This document shows, piece after piece, positions 1 through 10,063 of a stretch of 64,000 bases of DNA. The notes under the pieces were generated by a model. That model worked only from the letters and a program-made list of their open reading frames with translations, did no database searches and was not told the origin of the DNA. The stretch spans positions 1,123-65,122 of the forward strand of contig CAVSWN010000012.1 of the NCBI GenBank assembly GCA_963731545.1. Direction: 5' to 3'. The DNA is from an uncultured Acidobacteriota bacterium. GTDB lineage: Bacteria; Acidobacteriota; Vicinamibacteria; Vicinamibacterales; CAVVIG01. The position numbers and the translations under genes are program-made. Each line of letters opens with the position of its first letter. Within the stretch, counting starts at the first letter, position 1.

Positions 1-21
1 AGCGATAAAGGAGAAAACACC

Positions 22-2095
22 ATGACCCGCTCCCACCTGATTCGCTTGCTTCTCGGCGCCTTCCTCGGCGGCTACGTTGCGTTCGCGCCCGCGCTCGCTC
101 AGACGCCGCGCCCGATGGGCATCGTCGATCTGTTCAGCGTGCCGCGGCTGGGCGAACCCCAGCTCTCGCCCGATGGCCGCGAGGCCGTGTTCGTCAGGGC
201 GACGCGGACTGGAAGAGCGGCAAGCGCGTCTCCCACATCTGGCGCGCTGGCCTGGGCGGCGGCAGCCGGTCCAGCTCACCAACGGGCCCGACGGCGAGAC
301 CGGCCCGCGCTGGTCGCCCGACGGGAAGACGATCGCTTCATCGCCAAGCGCGGCGGCGACGAGATGGCGCAGATCTATCTGCTGCCGGTCGACGGCGGCG
401 AAGCGCGGCCGCTGACGGCGCACGCCACCGCGGTCTCGCGACATCGCGTGGTCGCCCGACGGCCGCGCCCTCTACTTCACGCGCCCGAGGCGCAAGACCG
501 CCGAGGAGAAGGCGCGCGAGAAGGCCAAGGACGACGTCTACGCGTACGACGAGAACTACAAGCACACGCACCTGTGGAAGGTCGGCGTCGCCGACGAAGA
601 CCGAGACGCGCGATGACCGCGCGGCGACTACTCGATCACGGCCTACGAGCTGTCGGACGACGGGCGGCGGATCGCCCTTCACCGCGCGCCGACGCCGCTG
701 CTCGGCGACGCGGCGCGACGGCGAGGTGTGGGTGATGGACGCCGACGGCATCGGCGCCGTGCAGGTGACGAAGAACAGCGGTCCCCGAGAGCGGCGCCAG
801 CCTGTCGCCCGACGGCTCGCAGGTGCTGTTCCTGTCGGGCTCGAACGCGGCTTCGAGACCTACTACAACGGCCGGCCTGTTCGTCGTGCCGGCCGCCGGC
901 GGCGCGGCGCGCGTCGTCGGTCGGCGAGAACGAACCGTAGACGTCGACGCGCGCGTGGTCGAAGGACGGCCGGTCGATCTACTTCCTCGCCAACCTGGGC
1001 GTGCACGAGGAGCTGTTCGTCGATCCCGGCCGCCGGCGGGACGCCGCAAGGCAGCTGACGACGGCAAGCACGCCATCGGCGCGCTGTCGACCAGTCGCGG
1101 CGACCGCTTCGCCTTCACGATCAGACGATCCGACCAACGCCGGCGACGTGTGTGACGATGAGCGCACCGCGCGCGCCGGCGCAGGTGACGCCACGTCTTC
1201 GACTACCTCGCGCGCGACTTCAAGCTCGGCCGCCAGGAGGCGATTCAGTGGAAGGGCGCCGACGGCGTGACCGTGGAAGGCATGCTCGACTACCCGGTCG
1301 ACTACCAGCCCGGCCAGCGGTATCCGCTGGTCGTGCATGACGCACGGCGGGCCGCAGGCGTCCGACAAGTTCAGCTTCGGCCGCTGCGGCAACGAGATGC
1401 AGGTGCTGGCCGGCAAGGGCTACGTGGTGCTGCAGCCGAACTATCGCGGCAGCACCGGCTACGGCGACCCGTTCCTGCGCGACATGGTCGGCCACTACTT
1501 CCAGAACGCCCACCTCGACGTGATGACGGGCGTCGACGAGGTGATTCGCCGCGGCATCGCCGACCCCGACCGCATGGTGAAGATGGGCTGGAGCGGCGGC
1601 GGGCACATGACGAACAAGATCATCACCTTCACCGACCGCTTCAAGGCGGCGGCGTCCGGGGCCGGCGCCGCGAACTGGATCTCGATGTACGCGCAGAGCG
1701 ACGTCGCGCTTCTATCGGACGCCGTGGTTCGGCGGCACGCCGTGGCAGAAGAACGCGCCGATCGAGGTCTACTGGAACAACTCGCCGCTGAAGGACGTCG
1801 CCAACGTGAAGACGCCGACGATTTTCTTCGTCGGCGAACGAGGATCCGCGCGTGCCGATGCCGCAGTCGGTCGAGATGTACCGGGCGCTGAAGAGCCAAC
1901 GGCGTGCCGACGCACCTCTACGTCGCGCCGCGCGAGCCGCACGGCTGGGCCGAGCTGCGGCACCAGCTGTTCAAGATGAACACGGAGATCGAGTGGTTCG
2001 AGAAGTACGCGACCAAGCGTCCCTACCCGTGGGAGAAAGCGCCCGAGGAGAACAAGAGCGGCTCCCAGCCGTCAACGCCAGACTCTCAGCGCTGA
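22..2095 (+). CDS. S9 family peptidase (prolyl oligopeptidase/acylaminoacyl peptidase) with PD40 beta-propeller; several frameshifts
   Basis: Signal peptide; PQLSPDG and PRWSPDG repeats; HGGP, PNYRGSTGYG and nucleophile motif GWSGGG; C-terminal PREPHG. Spread over several frames. Confidence 0.9.
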
Positions 2096-2167
2096 CCTCT
2101 TGAGGCAGAGCGGTGAAACTGCTGATTGCGTGCGCCGCAGCCGCCGTGAGCCTAACGGAGCAACAGC

Positions 2168-2938
2168 ATGACAAGTTCGCTGAGGGGCCGGTCGGTTATC
2201 GTGACCGGCGCATCAAAAGGCATTGGCAAAGGCATTGCCCGCGTGTTCGCCAACGCCGGCGCCAAGGTTGTCATCGTGGCGCGCAATCTCGATCAGGCCG
2301 CCGCTGCAGCAAAAGAAATCGGCCATGGCGCTTTCGGCCTCTCCGGAGACGTCGGCAAATTGAGTGACATGGAAGCCGTGGCGAAGGCGGCTGCGGATCG
2401 CAATGGCGGGATCGACGTGTTGTGCGCCAACGCGGGTATCTTTCCTCAAGCGAAGCTGGAAGAAATGTCCAGCGATCAATGGGATGAGGTCATCACCACA
2501 AACCTCAAAGGCTGCTTCCATTCGGTCAAGGCCTGCATCCCCTTTCTGAAGCAATCCGATCAAGGACGAATGGTCCTTACGTCCTCGATCACCGGACCAG
2601 TTACGGGCTTTCCGGGCTGGTCGCATTATGGCGCTTCCAAATCCGGTCAGCTCGGTTTCATGCACACGGCGTGCATCGAGCTTGCCAAATATGGCATCAC
2701 CGTGAACGCGGTGATGCCCGGAAACATCATCACGGAGGGACTCGCCGCCCTTGGCGAGGACTATCTCAAGACAATGGCCGCGTCCATTCCATTGAAGCGG
2801 CTTGGCACCGTTGAAGACATCGGGCACGCGGCGTTGTTCCTCGCCTCCAAGGAAGCTGGATTTATTACGGGGCAGACAATCATCGTGGACGGTGGGCAGA
2901 TTCTGCCGGAATCGCTCGACGCCCTGGCTCAAGCCTGA
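2168..2938 (+). CDS. Short-chain dehydrogenase/reductase, FabG-like
   Basis: TGASKGIG, ANAG and YGASK catalytic motif; intact 256 aa ORF. Confidence 0.92.
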   Translation: MTSSLRGRSVIVTGASKGIGKGIARVFANAGAKVVIVARNLDQAAAAAKEIGHGAFGLSGDVGKLSDMEAVAKAAADRNGGIDVLCANAGIFPQAKLEEMSSDQWDEVITTNLKGCFHSVKACIPFLKQSDQGRMVLTSSITGPVTGFPGWSHYGASKSGQLGFMHTACIELAKYGITVNAVMPGNIITEGLAALGEDYLKTMAASIPLKRLGTVEDIGHAALFLASKEAGFITGQTIIVDGGQILPESLDALAQA

Positions 2939-2948
2939 TTGGAAAGGA

Positions 2949-4247
2949 TTACCTGCTCGCCTCGCCTTCCGCGTCCATCACGAGCGGAGGCGGCTCGTAC
3001 CCGATGAGATACTCGAACTGCCGGCGGAACTCCTCGAGCGGAATGCCCACGGTGGCGGCGAGCTTCGCGAGCTCGTGCGGATCCTCGAAATCGTCGCGGC
3101 GCAAGCGGATCATGTAGCGGCGCGCGATGGCGTAGCGGGTGGAATGCGTGTCGACGAGCCGTATTCGCGCCCGGCCCGTCTCGCTGTCGATCAGTGACAC
3201 GAACGGGATGGGCACGAAGTGGCCACCTTGCATCGAGATCATCGCCGCATTCCCGCCGGCCAGGAGGTATTTGGCCGCGCAATAGCCCAGGTCGCGCGTG
3301 TACTCCATGTCATAGGGGATGGGATCGGCGCACCTGAGCTCGTAGCCGATGTTCTTGGCCACGAGCGTCGCCTTCATGCCCAGTTCCTTCAGCCGGGCGG
3401 CCACTTGTGCCTTGAGGATCTCGCCGATGTTCACCTCGGCGATGCGGATGTTCCCGTGCGCGTCACGCTCGACTTCGTGCAGCGAGGACAGGTCCTTCGG
3501 CTCGACATCAAGCACGACGCCTTCAGCAATCATCGCGACGCCATCGCGCCGTCCATAACTCAGACGCTTGATGATGGCGCCGACGAGCGTGTCGACGATC
3601 GTTTTCAGTCGCAGCGGCTTCGGGAACTCCTCGGGAATCAGCGTTAGCGTCGCGCCGGCTGCTTTGCCGATCCCGAGCGCGAGATGGCCGGCTTTGCGTC
3701 CCATCGTGATCACGAAATACCAGCGCGACGTGGTCTTCGCGTCTACCATGAGATTCTTGACGATCTCGGCGCCGTGGTGCCGAGCGGTCTGGAACCCGAA
3801 CGTGTCGACCGTGGGGGGCAGATCGAGATCGTTGTCGATCGTCTTCGGCACGTGCACCACGTGGATGCGGCCGCCGGCGCGTTCTTCGACCTTCATCGCC
3901 GAGTATGCCGTGTCGTCACCGCCAATCGTGAGCAGTCCGGTCACATCGAGTCGTAGCAGCGAGATCACGACGTTTTCAAGATGCTTCGGATCGGAGGTCG
4001 GATTCGCGCGCGATATCCCGATGTGCGAGCCGCCGCGAAAGTGGATGCGGCTGACCGCGTCGATCGTCAGGGGCGTGACGTGTTCGATGTCACCGTGCAT
4101 CAGCCCCTCGAATCCGTCGCGCACGCCAACCACATCCATGCCTTCAAGCACGGCGCGGATGGTCGCGGCGCCGATCACGCTGTTGATGCCGGGTGCGGGT
4201 CCGCCGCCGACAAGGATGGCGAGTTTCTTGTGACGGCTCACGCGCAC
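2949..4247 (-). CDS. pfp: Pyrophosphate-dependent 6-phosphofructokinase
   Basis: GGGPAPG, GGDDT (Asp typical of PPi-PFK), PKTIDNDL, MGRKAGHL and GYELR motifs. Confidence 0.92.
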   Translation of the reverse strand: MRVSRHKKLAILVGGGPAPGINSVIGAATIRAVLEGMDVVGVRDGFEGLMHGDIEHVTPLTIDAVSRIHFRGGSHIGISRANPTSDPKHLENVVISLLRLDVTGLLTIGGDDTAYSAMKVEERAGGRIHVVHVPKTIDNDLDLPPTVDTFGFQTARHHGAEIVKNLMVDAKTTSRWYFVITMGRKAGHLALGIGKAAGATLTLIPEEFPKPLRLKTIVDTLVGAIIKRLSYGRRDGVAMIAEGVVLDVEPKDLSSLHEVERDAHGNIRIAEVNIGEILKAQVAARLKELGMKATLVAKNIGYELRCADPIPYDMEYTRDLGYCAAKYLLAGGNAAMISMQGGHFVPIPFVSLIDSETGRARIRLVDTHSTRYAIARRYMIRLRRDDFEDPHELAKLAATVGIPLEEFRRQFEYLIGYEPPPLVMDAEGEASR

Positions 4248-4504
4248 CAGCCTTGATGGTCAGCGAGGCACGCTGGAGGAGCCTGGTCCTCGCTGAGCGA
4301 CAAGGAGAATGGAGACGTTCACGGTGAACACCACCGGCTGCCCGTCTGGGCGAGCGCGCGATACTCGCGCACCCGCTGTCGGTCGCTGGGCGTCGCGGTG
4401 GTCAGGACGATCTGGTTCAGAACGTCGAGCGACCGTCGCAACATTTTCATGAATGACCGATCAAATTATCGCAAAGAACCGTCGAGCGGTCCCGTGAAAA
4501 ACGC

Positions 4505-4750
4505 ATTCAGTCATTGTCGAACATTCCGGTTGCATCGTCGTCGGGCGGATTCGTCTATCGTTTCAGCCCGAGGTTCGGGACCGTCGAGCGCGCGAGCGAT
4601 AGCTTTGGTCCGTTTTTCAGCGAGCGTGCGTTGCGAAACGGCCGCGGTCATCTCTCGGTGGGCTACGCGTATCAAATCGCCAGCTTCAAGACGCTGGTCG
4701 ATCGCGCAAGTGACCGCCCGCTGACACACGTCCCTCATCGCTCGTGGTGA
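4505..4750 (+). pseudogene. Fragment resembling the N-terminal part of acidobacterial outer-membrane/transporter-like hypothetical proteins
   Basis: Protein-like peptide LSNIPVASSSGGFVYRFSPRFGTVERASDSFGPFFSERAL with no signal peptide and no continuation. Family recognised from memory only. Confidence 0.4.
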
Positions 4751-4905
4751 GGACGAGCGGACCGAGAGGGTCAGACGCGGTAGATCAGGCTGTCAGGCGG
4801 GAACGCGGACGGACAGCAGGTGGGTGTGGCCGCAGCCAGGCCGCGGCCGGAAACTACAGGCGGGAACTCGGTAGTACGAAGCCTCAGCGCGCTTCGCGAT
4901 GAGGC

Positions 4906-6270
4906 TCACGGCGACGCAAGAACGAAAGCTCGTCCTGCCACGACTCCTGGGTGGCGCGAGAGGCGGCGCCGACTTCCTGCTCTTCGGGCAGGGAAGTTCT
5001 GCATCTCTGGCACCGGTGCATCCAGCAATCGAATCGGTGCATCGAACGACGCCGGCGGGAGATCTCGGGACACGGGCGGAACCGGCACGCGTGTCTCGGT
5101 AGACGAGACCGAGGTGACGGCCGCGCGCAACGCCGGCAATCGCCTTTCTTCCAGCACGCGCGCTCCCTCGGCTGACTCGTCGGCTCGGGCCATCGCAACG
5201 ACCCTGATGCTCGTAAGGTCGTCGTCGCTCATCATCGTTATCGACGGCGCGGTGTAGACGATCGTGTCGCCGGATCGACAGGTGTGCGAGATGTGTTTCG
5301 CCAGGTCCTGCTGGGCTTGCGCGTGCAAGGTGTTCCCCGGCTGATCGAGCAGGAACACGAGGCGCTCGCCGTACGTTTGCTTGAGGTGCCACATCCAGAC
5401 GGCAAACGAGAGATAGCCGACAATGCCGGCTCCCTGCTGTTCGAGACCCAGCGTGTAGCCGAGGCGGGCGTCTCGGACGCGCGTGCGAAAGACGTATCCG
5501 CCGCCGGCCGGAGAGCGATCGCCGGCGCGCGCCGCCTCGCAGCGGAACTCGACCCGCAGCTGATTGCCGTCTCCCCAGTGGCGGAACACCTCTTGGGTGA
5601 CGCACTCGGAGGCGGCCTCCAACTCGGCAATCAGTTCCTCCGAATGATCGATGTGCTGCATCACCTCGGGATCCAAACCGGCAAGCTTGAGGAGCGCCAG
5701 GAAGACCCTGTTGGAGATCGTCGACCGCTCTTCCGCGCGGAGGGCCATGAACGTATCCAGGGCCACGTCGCCCGGCACCTTGGGATACTCCGTCACGTAG
5801 ACGAACTTCGGCAGCCGATCCTTCAGCTTGTCCACGATGATCGTCTGCAGATCGCCGTTCGCAAAGCGCTCACGTTGAACGACCGCTCCTTCGTCGAGGT
5901 CGACAACCCACTTCAGCTGGTTGTCGTAGCCCTTGCTGATCTGGATCGTCAGACTGTCGGCCGCAGGCATGCCGATGATGGGCGCCAGCAGATCCCGGTC
6001 GGCGCGATCCAGCTCCCACGTCGTCGAGACGACGGTCGCGGGCTTCGTCGCGTGCTGCGACCGGTAGGCGGCGTACTTTTTCCGCGGGTAGTCGAACTGG
6101 CTGAATGCCTCGTCGCTCGACGACACGGGATTGAGCTTGTAGAGGGCTTCGAGGATGGTGCTCTTGCCGGCGCCATTCTCCCCGACCAGACCGGTGACGC
6201 GATCGATCGAGAACTCGCCCGAGTCTTCAATCGATCTGAATGAGGTGATTCGCGCGGACTTGAGAATCAT
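4906..6270 (-). CDS. OLD-family-like ABC/AAA ATPase with degenerate motifs and no Toprim domain
   Basis: N-terminus MILKSARITSFRSIEDSGEF, Walker A GENGAGKS, DYPR. Walker B LLDQPG (E to Q) and H-loop YTAPS (H lost). ATG overlaps the upstream GT stop (ATGA) with a GAGGAG RBS. Confidence 0.75.
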   Translation of the reverse strand: MILKSARITSFRSIEDSGEFSIDRVTGLVGENGAGKSTILEALYKLNPVSSSDEAFSQFDYPRKKYAAYRSQHATKPATVVSTTWELDRADRDLLAPIIGMPAADSLTIQISKGYDNQLKWVVDLDEGAVVQRERFANGDLQTIIVDKLKDRLPKFVYVTEYPKVPGDVALDTFMALRAEERSTISNRVFLALLKLAGLDPEVMQHIDHSEELIAELEAASECVTQEVFRHWGDGNQLRVEFRCEAARAGDRSPAGGGYVFRTRVRDARLGYTLGLEQQGAGIVGYLSFAVWMWHLKQTYGERLVFLLDQPGNTLHAQAQQDLAKHISHTCRSGDTIVYTAPSITMMSDDDLTSIRVVAMARADESAEGARVLEERRLPALRAAVTSVSSTETRVPVPPVSRDLPPASFDAPIRLLDAPVPEMQNFPARRAGSRRRLSRHPGVVAGRAFVLASP

Positions 6271-7514
6271 GAGGATACTCCTCGCCATTCGTGCAATGGG
6301 ACAACTTTAGGCGTCGTCGCACTTGCGGCGACGCGCTCGAACTGGGGAACCGTGGCAGCAACAGACAATCGGGACGTCGCATAAGACCGGCCGTTCGCGC
6401 CAAGCTCCGCGGCCAGTTCGGGGTTGTCGGCCAGGCGCTCGACGACGCGTTGAAGTTCCTCGGGATGCCCGGGCGCGCTCACCATCCCGCAGGCGCTGTC
6501 GCGGATGACCTCGATGGCGTCGCTCCACGGCGGGACGACCGCGATCATCGGCTTGCCGGCGGCCATGATGGTCGCCATCTTTCCGGGAATGGCGGGCGAC
6601 TTCAGCGCCGCCGAGAGCGACACGAGGCACACGTCCGATCCGCGCAGCGCCTCGAGGTAGTCGTCGTTCGCGACCGGACCGCAGAACCGCACGTTGGGCA
6701 GATCCTGCGCGAGCGCCTTCCACTTCTGCGCGTAGACGCCGTCGCCCATCAACACGAACATGACGTCCTGGCGCGACTGCATGCGCCGCGCGCACTCGAC
6801 GATGGTGCCGAGCTCCTGCGCCACGCCCATCAGGCCCGCATACAGGACGACGAACTTGTCGCCGAGTGCTTCCGCGCGGCGAAACGCATTGTCCCGCGGG
6901 CCCGGTGTGAACCGTTCCGTGTTGACCATGTTCGGAACGTAGTGCAGCTTCGCTGCGGGAATTCCATTCTGCTCTTCGAGGATGCGGCGGCTTCTCGGCG
7001 CGGCGACGACGATCTGCGACGCGTGGCGGTACGCGACCGCCTCCATCCACCGGGCGATGCCGATGAGGAGTCGATTCTTCAGCAGACCCAGCTCCACCAC
7101 CGTCGCCGGATAGAGGTCGTGCAGATTCAGAACGTAGGGAACGCCGCGCCACCACCGCGTCAACGCGGCGGTCATGGCCATGGGCAGCGGCGGAGAGTAG
7201 ACGACCACCACGTCGGGTCGTTTCACCATCCAGCTTCGAAGGGTCAGCGCCGCGCTCGTCGCGAGGTGATCGAGCGGCCGCAGAAAGAGCGCCCGATTCA
7301 AGAAGCCGAGACCGCCGACGCGAATCACCCGCACACCATGCAACGTCTCGGTTTTCGGCGCAGTGATCCCTCCAGGGACATATCGGCTTGGCATTCGCGT
7401 CACAACAGTGACCTCGTGCCCGTCCGCTACCAGGGCCTCCGCAAGCTCTTGAGAGAGGTAGGCGGCCGCCCTGGCCTCTGGCGCGTACCGGTCGGTGAGA
7501 AACAGGAGATGCAT
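6267..7514 (-). CDS. Glycosyltransferase family 4, WbuB/WcaI-like
   Basis: YAPE, SPPL, HDLYP, LYAGLMGVAQ and IPGK...MAAGKP motifs; RBS AGGAGG before the ATG at 7514. Confidence 0.9.
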   Translation of the reverse strand: MHLLFLTDRYAPEARAAAYLSQELAEALVADGHEVTVVTRMPSRYVPGGITAPKTETLHGVRVIRVGGLGFLNRALFLRPLDHLATSAALTLRSWMVKRPDVVVVYSPPLPMAMTAALTRWWRGVPYVLNLHDLYPATVVELGLLKNRLLIGIARWMEAVAYRHASQIVVAAPRSRRILEEQNGIPAAKLHYVPNMVNTERFTPGPRDNAFRRAEALGDKFVVLYAGLMGVAQELGTIVECARRMQSRQDVMFVLMGDGVYAQKWKALAQDLPNVRFCGPVANDDYLEALRGSDVCLVSLSAALKSPAIPGKMATIMAAGKPMIAVVPPWSDAIEVIRDSACGMVSAPGHPEELQRVVERLADNPELAAELGANGRSYATSRLSVAATVPQFERVAASATTPKVVPLHEWRGVSS

Positions 7515-7519
7515 GCGCG

Positions 7520-9052
7520 TTACCCTCCTATGAAGGAGCATCCGAAGCCAAACGGGCCGCGGCGAGTCGAACCCACGGTGCACGTGATGAAGACGATCGC
7601 GCCGACCGCGCCAGTCAGGATCAGGCGGCCGACGTGCCACGCGAACGCGCCGGACGCTGCTCCACCCATGATCTGGCGCGTCCCGACCATCCCCGCCAGC
7701 ACCGCGACGCCGGTGAGAAGAGCGATGCCCGCCGCTCGCGCCAGCGCCGGCCGGTCGAGGACTCGGTACCGGACGCCCAACACCCGCAGGAGCGTCGCCG
7801 ACAGGAACGCGTGCGAGCAGACCGTCGCCACTGCGATCGCGGCGATCCCGTAGCGCGGCACCAGCAGCCAGGTCAGTCCGAGATGCAGCGCCACCGTCGG
7901 CAGCACGAGGAGCTGAGGCGTCACGGTATTCCCCATCGCGTAGAAGATCCGCGACAGCACGGTGGGGCCAGGCAGGGCGAGCAGGCCGATTCCGAACAGC
8001 TGCAACAGCGCACCCGTTCGCGCCGCCGGCGCGCCGGCGAAGCCGCCATGGCCGAACAGCAGTGAGGCGATGTCGTGGGCCGAGGCGACAACGGCTGCTG
8101 ACACCGCGGCCGTGACGATCATCACCGTTCGCAGCAGCAGCGAAATACCGTCGCGCAGCTCGCGTCCGCCATCATCGGCGGCGGCCGATCGCGAAACGCT
8201 GGGAAAGGAGGCCTCGGTGAGGCTTCCGCCGACGACGCCGGCCAGCATGGTCGCGACCGCTGCCGCGTAGTTGAACTGCGTGATGCTGCCCACGTCGAGG
8301 CCCGACGCAAAACGCAGGCTGATCAGGTGATTCACCTGGAAGGCCAGCGTGCCGCCGATCATCGGCAGCATGCGCCGGAACATCTCGCGAATCGCCGGAT
8401 GACGCAGCTCGATCGGGCCGGCGAGCGGCACGAGCCGCGCCGCGGTGACGCCGAGGAGCGTCACCTGGAGGGCATAGCCGACGACGAGGCCGCCGACCAC
8501 CGCGCGGATGCCGAAGGTCGATCCGAGCGCGACGGTCGCCACGATTGCCGCGACCGAGCGGGCCGGCAGCAGCACGGCGGGCAGCCAGAAGTTGTTGTGG
8601 ATCTGGACCAGGCTCGTGGCCAGCCCGGCCAGGCACACGAGCACGCCGGCGGCGGCGAGAAACGGCAGCAGGCTGCCGGTGAGTCTGACGAGCTCTTCAT
8701 GGCCGCCGCCGACGATGATCCGCGAGACGGGTGCGGCGAAGGCGACAGCGACGATCGCCAGGACGATGAGCACGGCCGTCGCGAGCGCCAGCACCGTGCG
8801 CGCGACGGTCCGGGCTTCAGCCGGATCGGATCCGGCGAGCCGGGTGAACGTCGGAACGAAGGTCGTGGTCAGGATCCATGTGAGAGGAATCGTGAAGACG
8901 TCCGCGGCAACGAGCGCGGCCAGCAGCGCATCGGTTTGCACCGTGGCGCCAAAGCGATGCGCCACGACCGAGCGAAGGGCCAGACCGGCCAGACCTGCGA
9001 CGAGCGCGCCGGCCGCGACCAGCGAGCCGTCACGCGCCAGACGGCGAAACAT
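7520..9052 (-). CDS. MurJ/MviN-like MOP flippase
   Basis: Many TM segments; AHRFGA..TDA, TFVPTF, FASGLDVGSITQFNYA and RIFYAMGNT motifs typical of the MviN family. Confidence 0.85.
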   Translation of the reverse strand: MFRRLARDGSLVAAGALVAGLAGLALRSVVAHRFGATVQTDALLAALVAADVFTIPLTWILTTTFVPTFTRLAGSDPAEARTVARTVLALATAVLIVLAIVAVAFAAPVSRIIVGGGHEELVRLTGSLLPFLAAAGVLVCLAGLATSLVQIHNNFWLPAVLLPARSVAAIVATVALGSTFGIRAVVGGLVVGYALQVTLLGVTAARLVPLAGPIELRHPAIREMFRRMLPMIGGTLAFQVNHLISLRFASGLDVGSITQFNYAAAVATMLAGVVGGSLTEASFPSVSRSAAADDGGRELRDGISLLLRTVMIVTAAVSAAVVASAHDIASLLFGHGGFAGAPAARTGALLQLFGIGLLALPGPTVLSRIFYAMGNTVTPQLLVLPTVALHLGLTWLLVPRYGIAAIAVATVCSHAFLSATLLRVLGVRYRVLDRPALARAAGIALLTGVAVLAGMVGTRQIMGGAASGAFAWHVGRLILTGAVGAIVFITCTVGSTRRGPFGFGCSFIGG

Positions 9053-10063
9053 CACGAGGCGTTGGCCTCCAGCCAGGAAATCCCGGCGCTTTCTCGCGTC
9101 AGCGTCCAGGCGAGATCGCAGCCGGCGATTTTCTCGGCGATCACGGCCAGCGCATACGGGTCGTGCGTCAAGCGGGAGACGATCGACGCCGCCTTCTTCG
9201 GTATCGACAGATGCGCGGTTGCCATAGAGAATGGCGTGCAGGGCCTGGCGCGTGGCGAGCTTGGAGAAATAGCCTTCCTCCTCCTCGCGCGCCTCGATCC
9301 AGGCCAGGAACTCGGCCCACTTCTCGTCGCTCAGATTTCGGCTTGGATCCGACAGGCCAGCCCGGCGCCGCAGATGGCAGATCGTCGCGGCGACGCCCAT
9401 CACGGCCTGCGCGCGCCGATTCTGATGACAGATGGAGGTCGGATGGAGCCGTGTCTTGACCAGCGGTTCCGGCAGGCAACCCAGCCGGCCGCTCGCGCCA
9501 AGACGCAGCCAGAGATCCCAATCCTCCGACAGGAACATCCTCGGGCGATAGCCACCGAGGTTGCGTGCGCGTCCGGTGTTGTAGAAGGCGGCGGAATGGG
9601 CAAAAAACCGATGCAGGTGCTCGAGGTTCCGGAACAGCCTCGAGTGCCGCGACGGAAAACGCTGGACCTTGAGCGGCCGCCCGTCGATGTCGATTTCAAT
9701 CGAACTGCTCCCGACCAGCACGACGTCTCTGTGGCGGTTGACGAAATCGAGCTGCGCGTGCAGCCGTTCGGGCATCGCGACGTCATCGGCATCCAGCCGG
9801 GCAATCCATTCCCCGCGCGCCCGTTGCAACCCGACGTTGAGAGAATCCGTGAGGCCGGTGTTTTCCTTCGCAATCAGGACAATCCGGCTGTCGCGGGCCG
9901 CATAGCGTTTCAGAATCTCGAGCGTCCCGTCAGTCGACCCGTCGTCGATGAGCAGGTATTCGAAGTCGCGGTGGTACTGGCCGAGGATGCTCTCGATCGA
10001 TTCGGCAAGGTACGGCGCCGCGTTGTAGCACGACGTCAGTACCGAAATGGCGGGTTGGCGCAT
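9052..10063 (-). CDS. Glycosyltransferase family 2; frameshift near the 3' end
   Basis: ISVLTSCYNA, IDDGSTD, RLDADD and EDWDLWLR motifs. The alternative frame ends TGA overlapping the flippase ATG. Confidence 0.88.

Noticed and set aside
4261-4295. Hairpin CAGCGAGG...CCTCGCTG upstream of pfp as a riboswitch
   Set aside because: Only an 8-bp stem in GC-rich DNA with no recognisable aptamer consensus.
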